Shown here one piece after another: positions 9,293-20,065 of a DNA stretch of 59,357 nt; position 1 is the first letter of the stretch, and each line of letters begins with the position of its first letter. The stretch comes from a virus (Duplodnaviria; Caudoviricetes): positions 1 through 59,357 of IMG/VR virus record IMGVR_UViG_3300028840_003776; one strand, 5' to 3'. Position numbers and translations under genes: made by a program. The notes beneath the pieces are model-generated. The model was not told where the DNA came from. It ran no database searches and was given only the letters and a program-made list of their open reading frames with translations.

Positions 9293-9676
9293 TTATTTCC
9301 AAAGACTGCCTACTAATGCACCTAATGTCATAGGGAACAACCAGAAGTCAGCCATAATTTTATATAACTTACTTTTTTTCTTTCTAATCATTTCTATAAT
9401 AAACCAGATGCCTGAAATTGAGGCTAAAATAATAAAAATAATTATACTAGCTTTCGGAAGCAATAATTTATTCCATTCATACATTCCAAAGTGACCTATA
9501 AAAATTACTCCAATCATATAAGGGATTAAAGGTTTTTCTTTATACCATCTCCTGAAAATAGATGTAATAGTAACCCATCCAAGTTTTTTACCAGCTTTTT
9601 TATTTTGAATTATTACCGCTATTATATCATATATAACTATGATACCAAATACAATATAAATAAAATTTAATGTCAT
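9293..9676 (-). CDS. Multi-pass membrane protein in the lysis cassette
   Basis: 3-4 hydrophobic segments. Confidence 0.5.
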   Translation of the reverse strand: MTLNFIYIVFGIIVIYDIIAVIIQNKKAGKKLGWVTITSIFRRWYKEKPLIPYMIGVIFIGHFGMYEWNKLLLPKASIIIFIILASISGIWFIIEMIRKKKSKLYKIMADFWLFPMTLGALVGSLWK

Positions 9677-9912
9677 AATATATATTCCAGTATTTTAATT
9701 ACAACCAAAACAGTCGCAACTATCCCAGAACCACCAGCGACAAATTTAAATGCTTGCAATCCACCTTTGTGCCTCTCCCATTCTGCTTTCATCCCGGGAT
9801 TACCATTATTTCCAAATAACGCTTTGTGGACTTGCTCAACTAATACTTTTTGTTCTGTAACCATTCCAATTAACTCATCTATCTTTTCATCATCCTTTCT
9901 TCTTTCTGGCAT
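9673..9912 (-). CDS. Holin-like/membrane protein
   Basis: Coiled N-terminus, GNGNPG, C-terminal TM helix; next to endolysin. Confidence 0.45.
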   Translation of the reverse strand: MPERRKDDEKIDELIGMVTEQKVLVEQVHKALFGNNGNPGMKAEWERHKGGLQAFKFVAGGSGIVATVLVVIKILEYIL

Positions 9913-10322
9913 TATTGCTCCTCTGCTAATTCGAAGTGGGCGCCGTCATAAAATTTTTCTGTAGTAGAAAGATTATTATCCCAGTTCCCTCCCCAGATTA
10001 ATTTTATTTCTTTTTGCTGTGCGATACTAATTATAACGCCAGCTACAAAAGCCATCTGCATATAATCATTCCATCTAATATGAGGTTTTTTTTTGTTCCA
10101 TAACATCACATCAATTGCTTCAGAAGGTTTTTTATTATGCATTGATTCGGGAAAAGGTACCTTGCTATATCCATGTTCATAAGCATAATCCTGCTCAATT
10201 GCTCCCCTCTCTCCGGTAATAATACTAATATCAATTATTTTAATCGCTTCCCTCATTACCAATTGTATTTTTGGATGACAAGTTAATAATTTTTGTTCTG
10301 ATCGTTCTGAAAAATAATACAT
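9912..10322 (-). CDS. Endolysin, M15 family L-Ala-D-Glu peptidase
   Basis: FSERS..L..CHP, G.R...EQ, SMHN...AID, WGGNW, D..HFEL motifs. Confidence 0.88.
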   Translation of the reverse strand: MYYFSERSEQKLLTCHPKIQLVMREAIKIIDISIITGERGAIEQDYAYEHGYSKVPFPESMHNKKPSEAIDVMLWNKKKPHIRWNDYMQMAFVAGVIISIAQQKEIKLIWGGNWDNNLSTTEKFYDGAHFELAEEQ

Positions 10323-10331
10323 AATAATTCC

Positions 10332-11066
10332 TCAGCTATTAATTACTTGATCTCTCAATCCACCACGCTCATCTCGCCTATCATCAAAATTAGTTTTAGC
10401 ATAGTCATAATATTTTAGATTATCAATATAACAGTCATTAGGTGATCCGGTGGTATTCGCATAAGAAATAGCAAATTCACTTATTGAAGCTCCTTGCATA
10501 TCTTCATAAGTTATACTCCCTCCGGTGCTATTGGTAGAAAATGAACTCATTAACACACCATCAAAATACAAACTAATTACATCATCTGCATTAGCAATTG
10601 CCCCACTCCCTCCGGTTGCGTCCCAAACTACAGCACAATGAATAACTTGATCTGCTGAAGTAAAACCAGCATTGGCAGCTGTTACACCTAAATCAAGTCT
10701 TTTAGTAGCATTTACAAAAAAATTAGATATAAATTGACTGCCTGAAATTGAGTATAAAAATCTACAACTCGGAGGATGACTCGCATTAACTGTAGTTCCC
10801 CAAAAAGCTGCAGTGCCTTGAATGCCTGCATTATCTGCCATTTTTATATAGCATTCGATACAGCCTTGATCAAGGTCTATTGCCTGTACATAGTCAGCAC
10901 CTTCAAAGTTCGTATCATTCCTATAACCGTTTCCAAATTCTACGGCTGCATACTCATTAGTGCCACCCCCGGTAAATGTTCCAGCAACACCAAGCACACT
11001 TGTCCCAACTTGTCCTGCTGAACCTAAACGATTAAATAAAGTAGGCGGTTGGGTTAAATTACTCAT
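10332..11066 (-). CDS. LamG/concanavalin-A-like tail or receptor-binding protein
   Basis: GCIECY, HCAVVWD, LYFDGV, YIDNLKYY LamG pattern. Confidence 0.7.
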   Translation of the reverse strand: MSNLTQPPTLFNRLGSAGQVGTSVLGVAGTFTGGGTNEYAAVEFGNGYRNDTNFEGADYVQAIDLDQGCIECYIKMADNAGIQGTAAFWGTTVNASHPPSCRFLYSISGSQFISNFFVNATKRLDLGVTAANAGFTSADQVIHCAVVWDATGGSGAIANADDVISLYFDGVLMSSFSTNSTGGSITYEDMQGASISEFAISYANTTGSPNDCYIDNLKYYDYAKTNFDDRRDERGGLRDQVINS

Positions 11067-11301
11067 GATATAGCAAGAGCTTTAATGTCTGCCTCAAGTT
11101 GTGTAATTTCAGAATTTTTTGTAGCAATTTGATTATTATAATTGGTTTGAGCATCTACAATTGACTGCTGTAATGGTGCAATTTCATCGGCCATTGCCTG
11201 TTGTAAATCTTCAATCTCTAATCTTTTTTTATCAATCTGAGCCTTTTTAGTTGCCCATGTTTCTACTACTGAACTTAATGCCATCATTAATCTCCTTAAT
11301 T

Positions 11302-11859
11302 TTATTCTAATATCTCAATTGTAACATCTGCAGCCGGAGTTGTCGCGGTTACAGCATCACAATCTATTACCAACCAACCACCCGCAGCTAATGAAGTTGT
11401 ACTTAAACTTGTACTTTCCCCGGTATGAGCTGCAGCTGCCAAACTCGGTAATGAACTAAAAATACTGGTTGCAGAATCCGGATCGGTTGCGTGGTAATTA
11501 ACATCATAAGTATTATTGCCTGATCCGGTTCCCGGGGTCCCTGCTCCAAGCCTTACTTTCGCCACTGTCATTGCATAAGGTACTCGTATTTTTCTTAATC
11601 CTGTTCCTGTATAAGCATTTCCAGCCAAAACTATCTGAAGCGACCTACTGCTAGTCCCTCCAACGTCATCTTTGTTAAATTTAACTAATGCCTGTGAACT
11701 ATCGCCTTTTTCTGCGAGAAGCCAATCTCCTGTCTCCGGAGTACCCTCTGAAAGACCTGCAACTTGCCCGGTACCCTGTTTGTCAAAAGCCCGAGTAGAT
11801 AAAGTATTTATATCTGTACTGCTATTAATATCACTACTTGTTTTAGTACCTAAAATCAT
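11302..11859 (-). CDS. Minor tail/virion protein
   Basis: Ser/Thr/Gly-rich beta-type sequence in the tail-tip region. Confidence 0.5.
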   Translation of the reverse strand: MILGTKTSSDINSSTDINTLSTRAFDKQGTGQVAGLSEGTPETGDWLLAEKGDSSQALVKFNKDDVGGTSSRSLQIVLAGNAYTGTGLRKIRVPYAMTVAKVRLGAGTPGTGSGNNTYDVNYHATDPDSATSIFSSLPSLAAAAHTGESTSLSTTSLAAGGWLVIDCDAVTATTPAADVTIEILE

Positions 11860-12149
11860 TTTTAAATCTCCTGTACGCTAATTGATTTAATATTTATATT
11901 CTTACTGTCACCATCTCTAAAATCATAATCAGTTACTTCTTTCATTCCTTCACTTGTACCAAAATTATCAACTTTGTTTAAATCAGTATCTTCAAACTCC
12001 ATAATAATATGGCCTTTGCCATTCCCATCACTATATACAGTCCTGCTTTTCATTTTCATCCCTGAAGGTAGCTTAGCAGTATAAGCTTTTAAAATATCTG
12101 CTCCATTAGTAGGGTCAATATTTTCAATAACTAAAGTTTTTATTGCCAT

Positions 12150-12854
12150 TTAAGCCTCGACATACCTTGCTAACCAGTCCATTTCAGCATTGGCTATTGC
12201 ATTGTCATCCCATAGCATAAACATTTGGAATTCGCCTTTCCAAGGTTCAAAACTTCCAGTGCTATTACCAATAGCAAAATCATTTATAGTATCTGTATTT
12301 GCAGTTAATCCACTAGCAGAGCCAAGGTTTGTACCTCCCGCCCTAAGTTTCATTATATCGTTACCAACATTCCAGGTTGCACAAAATCTAAACCAATTTG
12401 TATTAGAATAAGTCCCATCGATATTTACATAAGCTCCACCAGAATTTCGTCTTTGTATTCTAAAAGTATTATTTGATGTAGTTCTGTATATTCTTAATCC
12501 AAAATTCCCATCACTAAAGACCCAGAAGCAATGATGATTAGCTCCATCTGTCCACGTACCACTTGCTATCTTAACCGTAGCAGTAACACTCCCTAAATCA
12601 ACATCAACTCTCCCTTCCAGTGAAGCATCAGCATCTATACAATAATCATTCTGAGTTGCGTCCTGAGATACCCAGTTAAATCCTCCATTCCTAGTAGATG
12701 ATTTTGACCTGCCCGTTGCATTACCCCATGTTTGATTATCTTGATTACCTCTTCTGTAATCTGTGGCAGTACCGCCATTTGAAAAATCATCACAAGGCAA
12801 TAATATTGCTTGGTCGGTTACTTCAATTCTTCTAAGGATTTGTATTATATTCAT
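12150..12854 (-). CDS. LamG-like tail protein
   Basis: GSVTATVK, WFRFCATWN, AIGN...WKGEFQMFMLWD. Confidence 0.6.
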   Translation of the reverse strand: MNIIQILRRIEVTDQAILLPCDDFSNGGTATDYRRGNQDNQTWGNATGRSKSSTRNGGFNWVSQDATQNDYCIDADASLEGRVDVDLGSVTATVKIASGTWTDGANHHCFWVFSDGNFGLRIYRTTSNNTFRIQRRNSGGAYVNIDGTYSNTNWFRFCATWNVGNDIMKLRAGGTNLGSASGLTANTDTINDFAIGNSTGSFEPWKGEFQMFMLWDDNAIANAEMDWLARYVEA

Positions 12855-12865
12855 TTTATCCTTGC

Positions 12866-15250
12866 CTATTTTATGTCATAATCCAACGCGAAAATATCGT
12901 AATTAGTACCATCCCAATCCATTTTTATTGAATCTGTTTCATTAGGATCAGAATTGGTCGTATTAAGAGTAAATCCTCCTCCACTACGAACAGTTGCAGG
13001 AAGAGTGGCTGCATGTCCACCAGTGCCATCTTGAATTAATTTTAGACGCATAGTCCCAACTTTACCTGTAGGAGCAGTAAAAGTGAAAGTACAATCATCA
13101 GTCATTGTGACTTTTTGATAATTACCATTATTCCAATCTATTGTTTTAGAAGAACCAGAATTGCTATTATCATACTCAGCATCACATCCCATAAATTTAT
13201 TACAGATAAAACTGTCGCTTGAAATAACATCACCTTTAGTTGCATTAGAAGTTGATTCCAAAGTTAAATCATCTCCAGAATCAGTACCGCCTTTTAAAGT
13301 TTGTCCTCCTGAACGTCCAGCTAGTAATCCATATTGAGTATGATCATCATTACTTAATCCAGACAATGAACCATGTGCTGCTGTTCCTGCTCCGGGTATT
13401 AATTCAGAGGTTCTCCAGTCTACATAGTCATTGCCATCAGAATTAGTTCTTACTCTTGCTCGTACTGCACTTCCTGTATAACTATCGCTAGTTTGAAATA
13501 GGACAGTTCCTAAAGGTCTGATTTCTGGTGTTGGTAATCCGGCAGTAAGTAAATTATTAATTTCAGTATTTGCCCCTGTCCTTGCAGCTACAATGTTAGC
13601 ATAAATAGCCTGACCCATTATAGCAATAATAGGAGTATCTTTTTCTGTTGTCATAAAAATATGACATAATACGAAATCATTATTGCTAACTACAGCAGTA
13701 CTCCAAGTGCCCGCAGTGTCAAGATTGTAAACTAATCTTCCAGTTGAACCAACTCCTGTGTCATTATCAGTAAGAACAGAATAACCAGCCTTTACAATCT
13801 TTCTCCAATTACTTGTGCCGTCACGATAAAAAACTGGAAAACCCGTTGTACTTGTTACTGCTGAAATACTTATAAACAAATCTTCATCTGATACACTGCC
13901 TAAATCAGAACCAAATTGAGCAGAAGCATTATCCGGCGTTCCATTATCAGCATCAAAGGTATTAAGAGCAAGTCCGGTTGTATATCTAAGACCTTCGTGG
14001 AAATGTTCATAGGCATGAGTGACACCATCCATTGTAATGCCGTGTCTTTCTTCCCCGATATAAATTCCTTTAGAATTAGTATTATCCCAATATATAACGC
14101 TCACAATGCATTTAGTTCTTATAACAGCAGATATGTCTGCATTAGAAGGATTGACTGCTTCAGTTAAAGCGCCATCATCGTCATAATAAACATAATGAAG
14201 TCCTTCTGTTGGTGCTATTTGAAAAGTATCACCAGTTGTTACGTGTCTAATGCTTTTCACCCAAAAAGCAAAATTAGCTCCTGTAGGCTGAATTGATAAT
14301 GTTCTAGTTCCATCTGTAAAAGTTAATGTAGAAAGAGATCGATCTTCAATCCCTCCCGGCTCACTTCTTTTTATATTTTCAAGTGCTTCATGTAGATTAG
14401 CCGTGCCATTAACTGTTTTAGTTCCACTTATCGCAGTAGTAACTACATTCATTATAGTTCCTGTGCCACAATTAAGGGCGGCACTACAATTAAGATTGCC
14501 AATAACCGCTTCAATCATTGCATTAGAGCCAATTGTGAGCAATCCTGTTCCTGACCCTGCATCAGAAACTTCATTTGCAAAAACTATAATATTGCTATTA
14601 GCACCAGCACCAATAGCTGTTCCTGTTCCTGAAATATAAATATAATTACATTTTAAATAAACATTTTGAGTACTAGTCGAACCAATACCAAATCCATTAT
14701 CTAATGATAATGCTTGACCATTTGCTTCAATTGTTCCACTTGTACATACAATCCCTATTGCTGAACCAGTTACAGTTAATACAGAGAATACAATTGATGC
14801 TGATTTGCTTCCGGTACTTTTAGTAATTGCAGTTCCTGAATTAGCTAAAAATACCCTAGCTGTAATATTAGAATCATCTGCTATAGTATGATTTCCAACT
14901 AAAGTAGCATTTGAAGCAACTACGCTCACAAATGAAGGAACAGCAATGTTCTCTGTGTATTGCCCACCATCAAAACATACAATGGAAATCCCATTAGTAG
15001 CAGAAGGCGTGTCTCCACTGGCTGCCGTTATAGCTTTTCCAAAAGTCAAGAAAGCAGTATTAATAGTTTTTCCTGAATTAGTATCATTGCCATGTTTGCC
15101 TACATAATAAATCTGAACATTTTGAGTTTCTCCATTATTAGTTGTCTGCAGTTTTCCAGTAGAATCAACTTCTAATGGTATGATCGCACCTGATGCAGTT
15201 CGACCATGTGCTAAAAATATTTTTGGTATAAAATCTAAAGGTTCTGCCAT
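12866..15250 (-). CDS. Tail fibre/spike with beta-helix-like region
   Basis: YYVGKHGNDTNSG motif, G/S/T/I-rich repeats, HGSLSGLSNDDHTQY, C-terminal IDWNNGNYQKVT..FTFTAP domain. Confidence 0.75.
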   Translation of the reverse strand: MAEPLDFIPKIFLAHGRTASGAIIPLEVDSTGKLQTTNNGETQNVQIYYVGKHGNDTNSGKTINTAFLTFGKAITAASGDTPSATNGISIVCFDGGQYTENIAVPSFVSVVASNATLVGNHTIADDSNITARVFLANSGTAITKSTGSKSASIVFSVLTVTGSAIGIVCTSGTIEANGQALSLDNGFGIGSTSTQNVYLKCNYIYISGTGTAIGAGANSNIIVFANEVSDAGSGTGLLTIGSNAMIEAVIGNLNCSAALNCGTGTIMNVVTTAISGTKTVNGTANLHEALENIKRSEPGGIEDRSLSTLTFTDGTRTLSIQPTGANFAFWVKSIRHVTTGDTFQIAPTEGLHYVYYDDDGALTEAVNPSNADISAVIRTKCIVSVIYWDNTNSKGIYIGEERHGITMDGVTHAYEHFHEGLRYTTGLALNTFDADNGTPDNASAQFGSDLGSVSDEDLFISISAVTSTTGFPVFYRDGTSNWRKIVKAGYSVLTDNDTGVGSTGRLVYNLDTAGTWSTAVVSNNDFVLCHIFMTTEKDTPIIAIMGQAIYANIVAARTGANTEINNLLTAGLPTPEIRPLGTVLFQTSDSYTGSAVRARVRTNSDGNDYVDWRTSELIPGAGTAAHGSLSGLSNDDHTQYGLLAGRSGGQTLKGGTDSGDDLTLESTSNATKGDVISSDSFICNKFMGCDAEYDNSNSGSSKTIDWNNGNYQKVTMTDDCTFTFTAPTGKVGTMRLKLIQDGTGGHAATLPATVRSGGGFTLNTTNSDPNETDSIKMDWDGTNYDIFALDYDIK

Positions 15251-15678
15251 TTTATTCTCCTTTTAATAAATTATTTTCCCATCAGTATTACATTTTATAA
15301 TATACAAATTCCCTGTCTCTGTATCTTTCCCGGCAATCATAACTCTTTCAGGAATATAATTTAATTCATTACCTCCAGTAGTTAATAATACTGTGCGATT
15401 CTCACCGTTCTCGTCCTGACCATTTATTAAGACGTCTTTTATTTCTTGACCAACTTCTTCAGCCATTTTAATGTCCTCATAAAATCATTTTTAATTATCA
15501 TAGGCAAAGAAATGTTATTTATCCTTGTGCCTAAAACCGCATGTCCCTCAAGTAAAATATCTTGAGTGCTTCTTACCTGATCGATTTTGTGAATTATTTC
15601 TTGAATATTTTCTTCACATTGACAACCAGATTTTTTTTCTTTTACAGATTTAACTAGTCTTTTTGTTCTTGATGCCAT

Positions 15679-16002
15679 TTAAAACCCCCAAGCAAGTATT
15701 TTATAGTTAATAGCTCCACCTGAACTATTAGTTAATGTAATACTTTCAATCTCAATTTTATCAATTACTTTTTCGCTATCCCCTATCACGCTGAAATTAG
15801 CTCCGCCATTAATTGATACTAATAAATCTCTACCTGTCGTATCATTTGTAATTTCTACTGAAGTAATAGTATCAAGTGAACTAAGATCAATTGAAATACT
15901 ATTTCCATCATTTAATGAAGCTTCTGCAGGATGATAATTGTTAGCATTAAATCTAACATCATATCCTTCTACCTTAAGTTGTGCAATTGATTTTTTTGCC
16001 AT
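15679..16002 (-). CDS. Small virion structural protein
   Basis: Position and beta-rich composition. Confidence 0.45.
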   Translation of the reverse strand: MAKKSIAQLKVEGYDVRFNANNYHPAEASLNDGNSISIDLSSLDTITSVEITNDTTGRDLLVSINGGANFSVIGDSEKVIDKIEIESITLTNSSGGAINYKILAWGF

Positions 16003-16020
16003 AATTGTTTTCTCCTAGAA

Positions 16021-17604
16021 TTAAAAATCTAATCCTAATATATTTAATGGTATAATATTATCTATTAATGAAGTAGCCAGATTATTATATAATGCTTGAT
16101 CAACGATTCCAGCACTGCCAGCATCGCCATTAGCACCATCACCACTGCCGGGGCCAGATGAAGAACCAGCAGAACCACCAGCCCCACCAGCAGCTTGGGC
16201 AGTGCCATTATTTGTATATGATAATGATCTAATCAATAATAAACCACCTGCGCCACCGCCACCACCGCCACCTGATTTGTTAGCCGTAGATCCTCCAGAT
16301 GCATCTCCACCAGCTCCGCCAACTCCCCCATCACATGAGACAGTTACACCAGAGTCAATTGTTATATCATTATTAGAAATTAACATCATAATACCACCAG
16401 CATTACCACCAGCTCCGCCACCACCACGGCGTAAATCAACAACAGTACCATCTGCACCATCACCACCAACTCCCCCATTATTTTTAAAATCTGCTTGGAA
16501 AGTCATATTATAAGCTAAAATAAATATAGCTGGATTATTAGTCACATTTTGTGCCCCTCCAGCTCCATCATTGTCAGCACCAGCACCAGCAATTAAACCA
16601 TCTCCACCATCACCACCAGCAGCAAACATTGAAGCACCGCCACCGCCACCGCCACCTGAATTTTCCTGACCAGCACCTACACCGGCAGTTGCACCAACAC
16701 CACCATAACCAACAGAATAACTCATATGATCTGTTGTCACTAATCCTGCAACCCCTCCAGCGCCACCATTCTGATTAACTCCATTACTGCCATTATTTGC
16801 ATTACTATTAGTGATACTTAATGAGTCTGGTATTGATAAAGCCCCTGAATTTGCGACATAAAAATTTCCTATACATTTTATTATTATGTATCCTCTATTA
16901 ATAACATAAAAACCACTAGAGCTTGTACAATCAATAGTTAATGTGTTATCAATAATTAAATTATTAAAATTATATTTACCTTGATTTAATGTAGTTGCTT
17001 GTTTAATATAATAATTAGGTAAATAATTATCTTCTTTAAGGGTATAAGCATCTCCTACAATTCCTGTATCATCTACATAAATACATCCAAGAGACATTCG
17101 AGTTGTCGCTATACTTGGAAAAATCGGATCAGTAGTAGTATCATCAGTCTCAGAACCAGTAACAATTATTATAGTACTATCACTTTGAGCTGCAATTACA
17201 TCCACTCTATGTTTATTCGCAGCAGCAGCAGAAATAACTCCAGAAGTAGCAGCACTCCATTTTATATCTATACCATTTACTTTTGCTTCCCCCGCTGTAA
17301 CTTCAATTAGATTAGCAGAATTTTTAGATACAACACCACCATATTTTAAATAATTTTTTCTTCCCGGGAATAATGTTTCTTGACCTGAACCAATACTATC
17401 TAGTCGTTCTTTTAAACTTATATGGTATGGCCTTGCTGCAGTTGTTTCCGCATTAGTTGTCCCGATACTTACGGCAGCTAAATCATCTATAACTTCATTA
17501 ATTTTATTAGTTAAATTTGTATAATTATCATCTAATGGAATCGAGTCTGCATCTTCTTGGATACCAATAGGTATTATATCTGCACTGGTTAATTTGCTCG
17601 CCAT
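16021..17604 (-). CDS. Glycine-rich tail fibre protein
   Basis: Multiple GGGGG/GGAGG tracts in the C-terminal half; tail-tip context. Confidence 0.7.
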   Translation of the reverse strand: MASKLTSADIIPIGIQEDADSIPLDDNYTNLTNKINEVIDDLAAVSIGTTNAETTAARPYHISLKERLDSIGSGQETLFPGRKNYLKYGGVVSKNSANLIEVTAGEAKVNGIDIKWSAATSGVISAAAANKHRVDVIAAQSDSTIIIVTGSETDDTTTDPIFPSIATTRMSLGCIYVDDTGIVGDAYTLKEDNYLPNYYIKQATTLNQGKYNFNNLIIDNTLTIDCTSSSGFYVINRGYIIIKCIGNFYVANSGALSIPDSLSITNSNANNGSNGVNQNGGAGGVAGLVTTDHMSYSVGYGGVGATAGVGAGQENSGGGGGGGASMFAAGGDGGDGLIAGAGADNDGAGGAQNVTNNPAIFILAYNMTFQADFKNNGGVGGDGADGTVVDLRRGGGGAGGNAGGIMMLISNNDITIDSGVTVSCDGGVGGAGGDASGGSTANKSGGGGGGGAGGLLLIRSLSYTNNGTAQAAGGAGGSAGSSSGPGSGDGANGDAGSAGIVDQALYNNLATSLIDNIIPLNILGLDF

Positions 17605-17612
17605 ATCATCTC

Positions 17613-19655
17613 CTAATTAAAATCTACGTTTCTTTTATAAGTTGTTTGAGCTAAAATTTCAGCCCGAGTTACTCCGATCCGGTATTTAGAATCATAAAAA
17701 ATACCAGTATCAAATTGCCAAGCAGGAGCTGTTCCAAAATAATCTCTGTTCCAAACTATAGCACCTTGATCGGTAAATTTTCTACCTGTATCAAGTAACT
17801 CAAATTGAGTTTTTTTACTTACTTCACTCTGTATAATATGCTCAATGCTAATAATCTGGAAAATAGAATCATCAAATAAATCTTCTGATACCCACAATGA
17901 TTGATCGTTTATTTCTTCCAATGGATGTAAATAAGAAGTTAATACTTTGACATTAAAATCCGGAGTTCCGAATTCATCTCGTTTTGCTTCAGACGCTGCC
18001 TTTGCCTCTGTCATTGATTTTAATAATTTATTTTCTACCTGAAATCTCCGGCCATTATTATTTTCCATATTTGTAACATTAACAGCCTCACCATAATAAT
18101 CAGGAACAGTGCTTGAGAACTCATTACCTTTTACTGTTATGGTTAAACTTCCTGTTCCGGTTAAAGTAAAAATAGCCTTCTTATTGCTGTCATCAAACTC
18201 GACATTAGTTATAGTGAGTCCACCTCCACCAACCGAGTCCGTTGGAGTTTCCCAGTATTTTGCTATAGCATCATTTGCCCAAGATATTTCGTGATCTCCT
18301 GCGGTATAAAAAGTATTACTTCCTAAAATAATTGTTTCATCTAAAACCTGTTTAGAACTAAAAAAAGTTATTCTTTGTATCTGCTTGTCACTTTGATTGC
18401 CTTGATCAGCTGTTAAATAATTCTTAAAATTAAGAACTGTATCGGTTAAGTAAGATGTCCCTCTTAAAGTTACAAATAATACATTCTCATCACTAATATA
18501 CATACGGTAAGTTGCGCCAATTATATCGTTTATATCTTCAAAGATTTCTGATACATCAACTTGGTCACCATATCCATCAGTTAAATTTCTGGCTCCGAAA
18601 CTTGATAAGTCAGCTATTGAAGATGCAGTGTAACTAATATTTGCTTGATCGCATACTTCTTTTATAACATCATCCAAATAAGAACCGTTTACGCTTTGTA
18701 GATTTATTTTTGTTTCTAATGCTCTTTTCCAAGCATTCCTGCCAGTGACATTTGTTACACTAATTTTAGCTCCCGGGCGATCTCTAAAATCCGGATCGTC
18801 AAGAAAAAAACTGCCTAATAAAATCCATTCTACATACGATTGTAAACTTAAACTTGCAGTTGTAGTCACATCTTCTGCCCAAGTTATACCGTCATAAATT
18901 ACAGCAATTTGTATAACTGCTGAACGCTCTACATTAATTGTAAATGTATCGCTCCCACCTGTTGTATATCCGGCCAATGTCCAAGATGCTGAGGTTTTAC
19001 TAAACTCCATTTCTTCCTGCTCAATACCTGTGCGATAATAAACCGCATGGCCTATGGATGCACAATTAACAGTAAAACTATTCCATCTTTCTATATGAGA
19101 AAAACTTCGATCAATAGTAGCGACAAAATAACCAGCTGGTGTATATGTGCCGCTATCATAGGTACTAGCATCATAATATAAAGCAAATAAATCTTGAAAA
19201 TAATCATCACTATTGCCATCAGAATTACTTTCATCAAGTATAATAGACCCTCCACTTTCTGTAGTATAAAAAGTATGAGCAGAAGTCATATCAAAATTAA
19301 CCGTCTGAACCGTACTTGATAATTCCTCTAATCTCTTTCCATCATAAAATTTAAATACTCGATCACGTACAAATATGCCAGACAGTCCTGAAGCAGTATT
19401 TTTAGGACTATAAACTCCATTTTTATTAATAACACTAAATTGGGCATCAGCAGCAGCAGGATTATAATTAGTATTTGCATATATAGGCGGTTTCCCACGC
19501 TTTGTTATAGTTATAGGGTATTTTGCATCATTAAAATTTTGTTCTACGCTATTATCGTCAATATACGTCACTCTGGTAAAACTATGGCCTTGACTAGCTT
19601 TTAAACCTAGTTTAATTAGGGATGTTCTTCTTGCTGTAGATGCTGACTTTGCCAT
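17613..19655 (-). CDS. Tail tip/hub protein
   Basis: 680 aa, two genes downstream of the tape measure gene. Confidence 0.6.
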   Translation of the reverse strand: MAKSASTARRTSLIKLGLKASQGHSFTRVTYIDDNSVEQNFNDAKYPITITKRGKPPIYANTNYNPAAADAQFSVINKNGVYSPKNTASGLSGIFVRDRVFKFYDGKRLEELSSTVQTVNFDMTSAHTFYTTESGGSIILDESNSDGNSDDYFQDLFALYYDASTYDSGTYTPAGYFVATIDRSFSHIERWNSFTVNCASIGHAVYYRTGIEQEEMEFSKTSASWTLAGYTTGGSDTFTINVERSAVIQIAVIYDGITWAEDVTTTASLSLQSYVEWILLGSFFLDDPDFRDRPGAKISVTNVTGRNAWKRALETKINLQSVNGSYLDDVIKEVCDQANISYTASSIADLSSFGARNLTDGYGDQVDVSEIFEDINDIIGATYRMYISDENVLFVTLRGTSYLTDTVLNFKNYLTADQGNQSDKQIQRITFFSSKQVLDETIILGSNTFYTAGDHEISWANDAIAKYWETPTDSVGGGGLTITNVEFDDSNKKAIFTLTGTGSLTITVKGNEFSSTVPDYYGEAVNVTNMENNNGRRFQVENKLLKSMTEAKAASEAKRDEFGTPDFNVKVLTSYLHPLEEINDQSLWVSEDLFDDSIFQIISIEHIIQSEVSKKTQFELLDTGRKFTDQGAIVWNRDYFGTAPAWQFDTGIFYDSKYRIGVTRAEILAQTTYKRNVDFN

Positions 19656-20065
19656 TATAATAAATTCACACTTTGTATAGTTAATAAAAATTCATAAATA
19701 ATTGGTTGTCCTTTTGTTTGACTTACATTTTTAGCGTGAAGACTAATTTTAAAATTATTACTTTGACTCACACTAGAATCATTTGACAATAAAGAAGGGG
19801 CGGTTGCATAAGTAATATAATAATCATTTGATTGATCAGTATATAAATTATGAAAACTAATATACTTACTTTGTGTAAGATTCATTTGATAAGTTTTATT
19901 AAATCTTTTGCCCGGTCTAATCTGTTGCTTAATTCTGCCTCCGGCACTCTCTTCGACTCCTCTAAGTATTGAGTAAAAAGGTTGAGTTTGACCTGTGTCT
20001 GTAGCCTCAGAACTATCAAATGTTACACTATTGCCAGCGGTTGAATTAATTGTAAATTGTGCCAT
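19655..20065 (-). CDS. Distal tail protein
   Basis: Immediately downstream of tape measure; typical size. Confidence 0.5.
   Translation of the reverse strand: MAQFTINSTAGNSVTFDSSEATDTGQTQPFYSILRGVEESAGGRIKQQIRPGKRFNKTYQMNLTQSKYISFHNLYTDQSNDYYITYATAPSLLSNDSSVSQSNNFKISLHAKNVSQTKGQPIIYEFLLTIQSVNLL

Noticed and set aside
10332-15250. Diversity-generating retroelement or invertible tail-fibre cassette
   Set aside because: No reverse transcriptase, recombinase or template/variable repeat pair seen.
16202-16778. Pro-rich and His-rich plus-strand ORFs
   Set aside because: Antisense shadows of glycine codons in the tail fibre gene.
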